Positions 59,628-64,000 of a stretch of DNA of 64,000 nt are shown piece by piece. Where the stretch lies: positions 1,054,001-1,118,000 of the forward strand of contig CAUYUJ010000114.1 in NCBI GenBank assembly GCA_963575745.1. The letters run 5' to 3'. Origin of the DNA: Prorocentrum cordatum. Taxonomy: Eukaryota. Under the pieces are notes generated by a model that saw only the letters and a program-made list of their open reading frames with translations, ran no database searches and was not told the DNA's origin. The translations under genes and the position numbers were made by a program. The first letter of the stretch is position 1. Every line of letters begins with the position of its first letter.

Positions 59628-62600
59628 GCCCTCGTGGTCTCGGACTACTCCTTCGTGGCGTCCCACTACACGGCGAGGAGGACGCTGGGGCAGTGGCTCG
59701 AGGCGCACAAGATCCCGGGCATCTACGGTGTGGACACCCGCGCGCTGACCAAGCTCATCCGCATGCACGGCGCGCTGCTGGGCAAGGTCGTCGTGGAGGG
59801 CAGCGCGCCCTCGGCGTCCATGGAGTTCTCGGACCCCAACGAGACGAACCTGGCGGCTACCGTCTCGCGCTCCCAGAAGCAGGTGTTCGTGCCCCCTCCG
59901 CGGGCGGCGGACGGCGCCGCGGCGCCGCTCGCCGAGGAGGCCGAGAAGCAGGTCACCATCCTCGCCGTGGACTGCGGCATGAAGAACAACATCATCCGAT
60001 ACTTCGTGGAATGCCTCCGCGTCAGGCTGGTCGTGGTGCCCTGGGACTACGATTTTACAAAGGACGAGTTTGATGGCCTATTCTTGAGCAACGGACCTGG
60101 GAACCCCTTGATGTGTGAGGTCACGATCGGGCATGTCCGCGAGGTCATGCTGCGCCGGCCAACCTTGCCAATATTCGGCATCTGTTTAGGCAATCAGATC
60201 CTGGGGCTGGCATCTGGAGCCCAGACTTACAAGATGAAGTTCGGCAATCGCGGCATGAACCAGCCCTGCGTGGACATGCGCACCACGCGCTGCTACATCA
60301 CCCCGCAGAACCACGGCTTTGCCATCGATAACGCGTCGCTGGCAGACGGCTGGATGCCGCTCATGATCAACGCCAACGACGGCAGCAACGAAGGAATCAT
60401 CCACAGCGGCCGCCCATGGTTCTCCGTGCAGTTCCACCCCGAGGCGTGCGGCGGCCCCACCGACACGGCGTTCCTCTTCCATCAGTTCCTCAACAACATA
60501 TCCAGCCCGACCCAGCTGGTGACCACGATCCCGTACTCGCCCCCGAAAGTCTATCGCAAGGTGCTCGTCCTCGGCTCGGGCGGGCTCACCATCGGCCAGG
60601 CGGGCGAGTTCGACTACTCTGGCAGCCAGGCCATCAAGGCCCTCCGCGAGTCGGGCGTGTTCTCCATCGTGGTCAACCCCAACATCGCGACCGTGCAGAC
60701 CTCGTGGGGATACGCCGACCGGGTGTACTTCCTGCCCGTCACCGTGGAGTTCGTCACGCAGGTGATCCAGCGCGAGCGCCCCGACGGCATCCTGTGCTCC
60801 TTCGGCGGCCAGACGGCGCTCAACTGCGGCATCAGGCTCGAGGAGGAGGGCGTGCTGTCCAAGTACGACGTCAAGGTGCTGGGAACACCGATCAAGGCAG
60901 TCATCACGACTGAAGACCGCGAGCTGTTCGCCACGGCGGTGGACCACTGCGGATACAAGGTTGCCGAGAGCGCCTGCTGCACGACCGCTGAGGAAGCTGT
61001 GGCCGCCGCGGCAAAGATCGGCTATCCGGTGCTGGTCCGGGCTGCCTTCGCCCTCGGCGGCCTCGGCAGCGGCTTCGCGACGGGAGAGGGCGAGCTGAGG
61101 CGCCTGGTGCAGGTGGCGCTGGTGAACAGCCCGCAGGTCATCGTCGACAAGAGCTTGAAGGGCTGGAAGGAGCTCGAGTACGAGGTCGTGCGCGACGCAA
61201 ATGGCAACTGCATCACGGTGTGCAACATGGAGAACTTCGATCCCATGGGCATCCACACGGGCGACTCCATCGTCATTGCCCCGTCGCAGACGCTCACGAA
61301 CGCCGAGTACTTCAGACTGCGCGAGTGCGCTCTGAAGGTGGTGTGCCATTTGGGTGTGGTGGGTGAGTGCAACATCCAGTACGCGGTAGACCCGCACAGC
61401 CAGGAGTTCCGCATCATCGAGGTCAACGCACGCTTGTCGCGGAGCAGCGCGCTGGCGTCGAAGGCAACCGGGTACCCGCTCGCGTATGTCGCCGCGAAGT
61501 TGGCCCTCGGTGGCGACCTGGTGAGCTTGCGCAACAGCGTCACCAAGTGCACGACCGCTTGCTTCGAGCCGAGCCTCGACTACATTGTCGCGAAGGTTCC
61601 CCGCTGGGACCTGCGCAAGTTCTCGACGGTGGACCAGGAGGTCGGCAGCTGCATGAAGAGCGTAGGAGAGGTGATGTCCATCGGGCGCACCTTCGAGGAG
61701 ACCATCCAGAAGGCTCTCCGCATGGTCGACGAGGCCTGCAGGGGCTTCGACTCCGAGCGCTTCGACCTGGAGCTGGCCCACCGCGGCGAGGACGACACCG
61801 TGCACCTCGTCCGGGCAGAGCTGGTGAGGCCGACGCCGACGCGGGTGTGGGCCATCGCGAAGGCCTTCGAGCTCGGCATGGACGTGGAGGAGGTCCACCG
61901 CCTGACGCGCATCGACCGCTGGTTCCTGTCGAAGCTCATGAACGTCCACGCCGTCAAGCACGCGCTGCAGACCCTCGACCTCCCTGGCCTCGCGGCCAGC
62001 CCGCAGCTGCTCCGCGAGGCCAAGCGGTGCGGCTTCGCGGACCGCCAGATTGCGCCCCTGCTGCACTTCCAGGACGGCGTGGGCGCGCACGGCAAGTGGG
62101 AGTACCACGGCGGCCCGGTGCACGACTACCACGTCCGCGCCCTGCGGAAGAGTGCGGGCATCGTTCCCGTCGTGAAGCAGATCGACACACTCGCGGCCGA
62201 GTTTCCAGCGCACACCAACTACCTCTACCTCACGTACAGCGGCATCGAGAACGACGTGAACCTCGCCAGCCTCGGCTCTCAGGAGGAGGACACAAGCCAG
62301 CCGGAGGCTCCTATCATGGTCATCGGCTGCGGCCCGTACCGCATTGGCAGCAGTGTCGAGTTTGATTGGTGCTCCGTGTCCTGCGTCAAGACGCTGCGAG
62401 GGCTCGGCAAGCGCGCAATCATCATCAATTGCAACCCAGAGACAGTGTCGACAGACTACGACGAATCGGACCGTCTTTACTTCGACGAGCTCAGCCACGA
62501 AACCGTGCTCGACGTCGCCGAGATGGAGCAGTGCGCCGGCATGATCGTGTCTGTCGGCGGGCAGATACCCAACAACTTAGCCATGCGGCTGCATCAGGTC

Positions 62601-63914
62601 GGCGTCAAGATCTTGGGCACATCGGTTGATTCAATCGATGCCTGCGAGAACAGGTTCAAGTTCAGTCAGCTCTGTGACGCTCTCCGCATAGACCAGCCAG
62701 AGTGGTCCGAGTTCACGACCGTGGAGGAGGCCTTCTTTTTTTGCAATCGCGTCAGCTTTCCCGTGCTGGTGCGTCCATCTTACGTGCTCAGCGGAGCCGC
62801 CATGCGAGTGGTGAACTCGGCGGGCGAATTGGAGAGGTTTCTTCGGGCCGCGGCCGTTGTGAGCCGCGAGTACCCCGTGGTGGTGTCGAAGTACATCGCG
62901 GGGGCCAAGGAGGTCGAGCTCGACGCCGTGGCTCAGAACGGAGTGATGTTGAACTATGCCATCGCGGAGCACGTCGAGAACGCTGGCGTGCATAGTGGGG
63001 ACGCTTCTCTGCTCCTTCCAGCACAGAAACTATTCGTGGAGACACAGCGCCGTGTTAAGCAGATCGGGCAAAAACTTTGCAGGGAGTTGAACATCTCGGG
63101 TCCGTTCAACATCCAGTTCATCTGCAAAGAGAATGATGTCAAGGTGATCGAGTGCAACCTGCGCGCTTCCCGGTCTATGCCTTTCATTTCCAAGACCTAC
63201 AACATTAATTTCATCGAGCTCGCGACTCGGGTGTTCCTTGGCATGCCTGTGCACCCCAAGCCAGTGCAGCCGATGGACATGGAGTACGTTGCGTGCAAGG
63301 CGCCCGTGTTCTCGTTCGGGCGGCTGAAGAACTCCGACCCGAGGCTTGGAGTGGAGATGCAGTCTACTGGCGAGGTGGCGTGCTTCGGGGTGAACAAGTA
63401 CGAAGCCTTCCTGAAGGCGATGATCGCCACCGGTTTCAAGCTTCCGGCCAAGAACATTTTGGTATCCATCGGCCCGAGGTCGCAAAAGCATGAGTTTTTG
63501 GAGGTCGCCGACTTGTTCGTGGCCATGGGGTTCCAGTTGTATGCAACAAAGGGCACTCACGAGGCTCTCAAGAACCACGGCATCGAGTCCTGCGTCTTCA
63601 CGTTCAAGGCGCGCGTGAAGAGGGAGCCGAATGTGCTGACCTTGCTGCAGGGCGGCGCGCTCGACCTCGTCATCAACGTGCCCGACGGCATGGACTCGCA
63701 GGCGCTCACGGACGGCTTCGACATCCGGCGGGCGGCCATCGACAGCGGCACCTCCCTGATCACCGACATGAAGACGGCGGTGCTCACCGGCATGGCGCTG
63801 CACCGGAAGTGGGTGCGGGAGACGTCCGGGAGGGCGTTCTGGTCCTACGGCTCCTGGCAGGAGTACACCGAGCCGGGCGACGTGCTGTCGGCGCACGGGG
63901 CCGCGCCACCGTGA
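59628..63914 (+). CDS. CPSII: Carbamoyl-phosphate synthetase II, exon 2 (GATase, two ATP-grasp domains, MGS-like domain)
   Basis: Resumes in frame ALVVSDY...GVDTRALTK. GATase motifs LSNGPGNP, FGICLGNQ (catalytic Cys) and QFHPE. Large-chain motifs KVLVLGSGGLTIGQAGEFDYSGSQA, IEVNARLSRSSALASKATGYPLA, GCGPYRIGSSVEFDW, IECNLRASRS. C-terminal MGS-like region (LYATKGT, DLVINVP, IRRAAID). No DHOase or ATCase domain, so not CAD. Joined protein about 1540 aa. Confidence 0.97.
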   Translation, partial: ALVVSDYSFVASHYTARRTLGQWLEAHKIPGIYGVDTRALTKLIRMHGALLGKVVVEGSAPSASMEFSDPNETNLAATVSRSQKQVFVPPPRAADGAAAPLAEEAEKQVTILAVDCGMKNNIIRYFVECLRVRLVVVPWDYDFTKDEFDGLFLSNGPGNPLMCEVTIGHVREVMLRRPTLPIFGICLGNQILGLASGAQTYKMKFGNRGMNQPCVDMRTTRCYITPQNHGFAIDNASLADGWMPLMINANDGSNEGIIHSGRPWFSVQFHPEACGGPTDTAFLFHQFLNNISSPTQLVTTIPYSPPKVYRKVLVLGSGGLTIGQAGEFDYSGSQAIKALRESGVFSIVVNPNIATVQTSWGYADRVYFLPVTVEFVTQVIQRERPDGILCSFGGQTALNCGIRLEEEGVLSKYDVKVLGTPIKAVITTEDRELFATAVDHCGYKVAESACCTTAEEAVAAAAKIGYPVLVRAAFALGGLGSGFATGEGELRRLVQVALVNSPQVIVDKSLKGWKELEYEVVRDANGNCITVCNMENFDPMGIHTGDSIVIAPSQTLTNAEYFRLRECALKVVCHLGVVGECNIQYAVDPHSQEFRIIEVNARLSRSSALASKATGYPLAYVAAKLALGGDLVSLRNSVTKCTTACFEPSLDYIVAKVPRWDLRKFSTVDQEVGSCMKSVGEVMSIGRTFEETIQKALRMVDEACRGFDSERFDLELAHRGEDDTVHLVRAELVRPTPTRVWAIAKAFELGMDVEEVHRLTRIDRWFLSKLMNVHAVKHALQTLDLPGLAASPQLLREAKRCGFADRQIAPLLHFQDGVGAHGKWEYHGGPVHDYHVRALRKSAGIVPVVKQIDTLAAEFPAHTNYLYLTYSGIENDVNLASLGSQEEDTSQPEAPIMVIGCGPYRIGSSVEFDWCSVSCVKTLRGLGKRAIIINCNPETVSTDYDESDRLYFDELSHETVLDVAEMEQCAGMIVSVGGQIPNNLAMRLHQVGVKILGTSVDSIDACENRFKFSQLCDALRIDQPEWSEFTTVEEAFFFCNRVSFPVLVRPSYVLSGAAMRVVNSAGELERFLRAAAVVSREYPVVVSKYIAGAKEVELDAVAQNGVMLNYAIAEHVENAGVHSGDASLLLPAQKLFVETQRRVKQIGQKLCRELNISGPFNIQFICKENDVKVIECNLRASRSMPFISKTYNINFIELATRVFLGMPVHPKPVQPMDMEYVACKAPVFSFGRLKNSDPRLGVEMQSTGEVACFGVNKYEAFLKAMIATGFKLPAKNILVSIGPRSQKHEFLEVADLFVAMGFQLYATKGTHEALKNHGIESCVFTFKARVKREPNVLTLLQGGALDLVINVPDGMDSQALTDGFDIRRAAIDSGTSLITDMKTAVLTGMALHRKWVRETSGRAFWSYGSWQEYTEPGDVLSAHGAAPP

Positions 63915-64000
63915 GGTCCCCGGGGGCGAGGTCCTCTCCAGCCCGGCGGCCTGGGGGTCGCGGGCCCCGCTGGGCTGGCGGGGCCGTCGTGGGCGGCCGG

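Noticed and set aside
60186..62498. 770-aa antisense ORF
   Set aside because: Shadow of the high-GC3 CPSII coding strand.

Overview
Eukaryotic, GC-rich, repeat-saturated genomic DNA, almost certainly dinoflagellate: it carries one perfect and several degenerate copies of the 22-nt dinoflagellate spliced leader (DCCGTAGCCATTTTGGCTCAAG). Most of the window is microsatellites, nested short TIR/TSD elements and a decayed LINE, so nearly all listed ORFs are spurious. Two substantial genes are present. (1) A complete SL-to-poly(A) retrocopy with a 19-20 bp TSD (20577-24668). It encodes a 1026-aa mucin-stalk membrane protein with two Cys-containing modules and a C-terminal, ligand-degenerate Fe/Mn-SOD C-domain. 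(2) A glutamine-dependent carbamoyl-phosphate synthetase II (59071-63914, about 1540 aa) preceded by tandem SL relics. Its only intron is a 213-bp TIR transposon whose 8-bp TSD supplies the GC donor and AG acceptor (Introner-like), and three more family copies lie in the window. Also present are a plastid-targeting leader exon, two candidate micro-exons, a head-to-tail trimer of a 1-kb hairpin-ended element, and a foldback element. All calls were made by eye; no searches were run.
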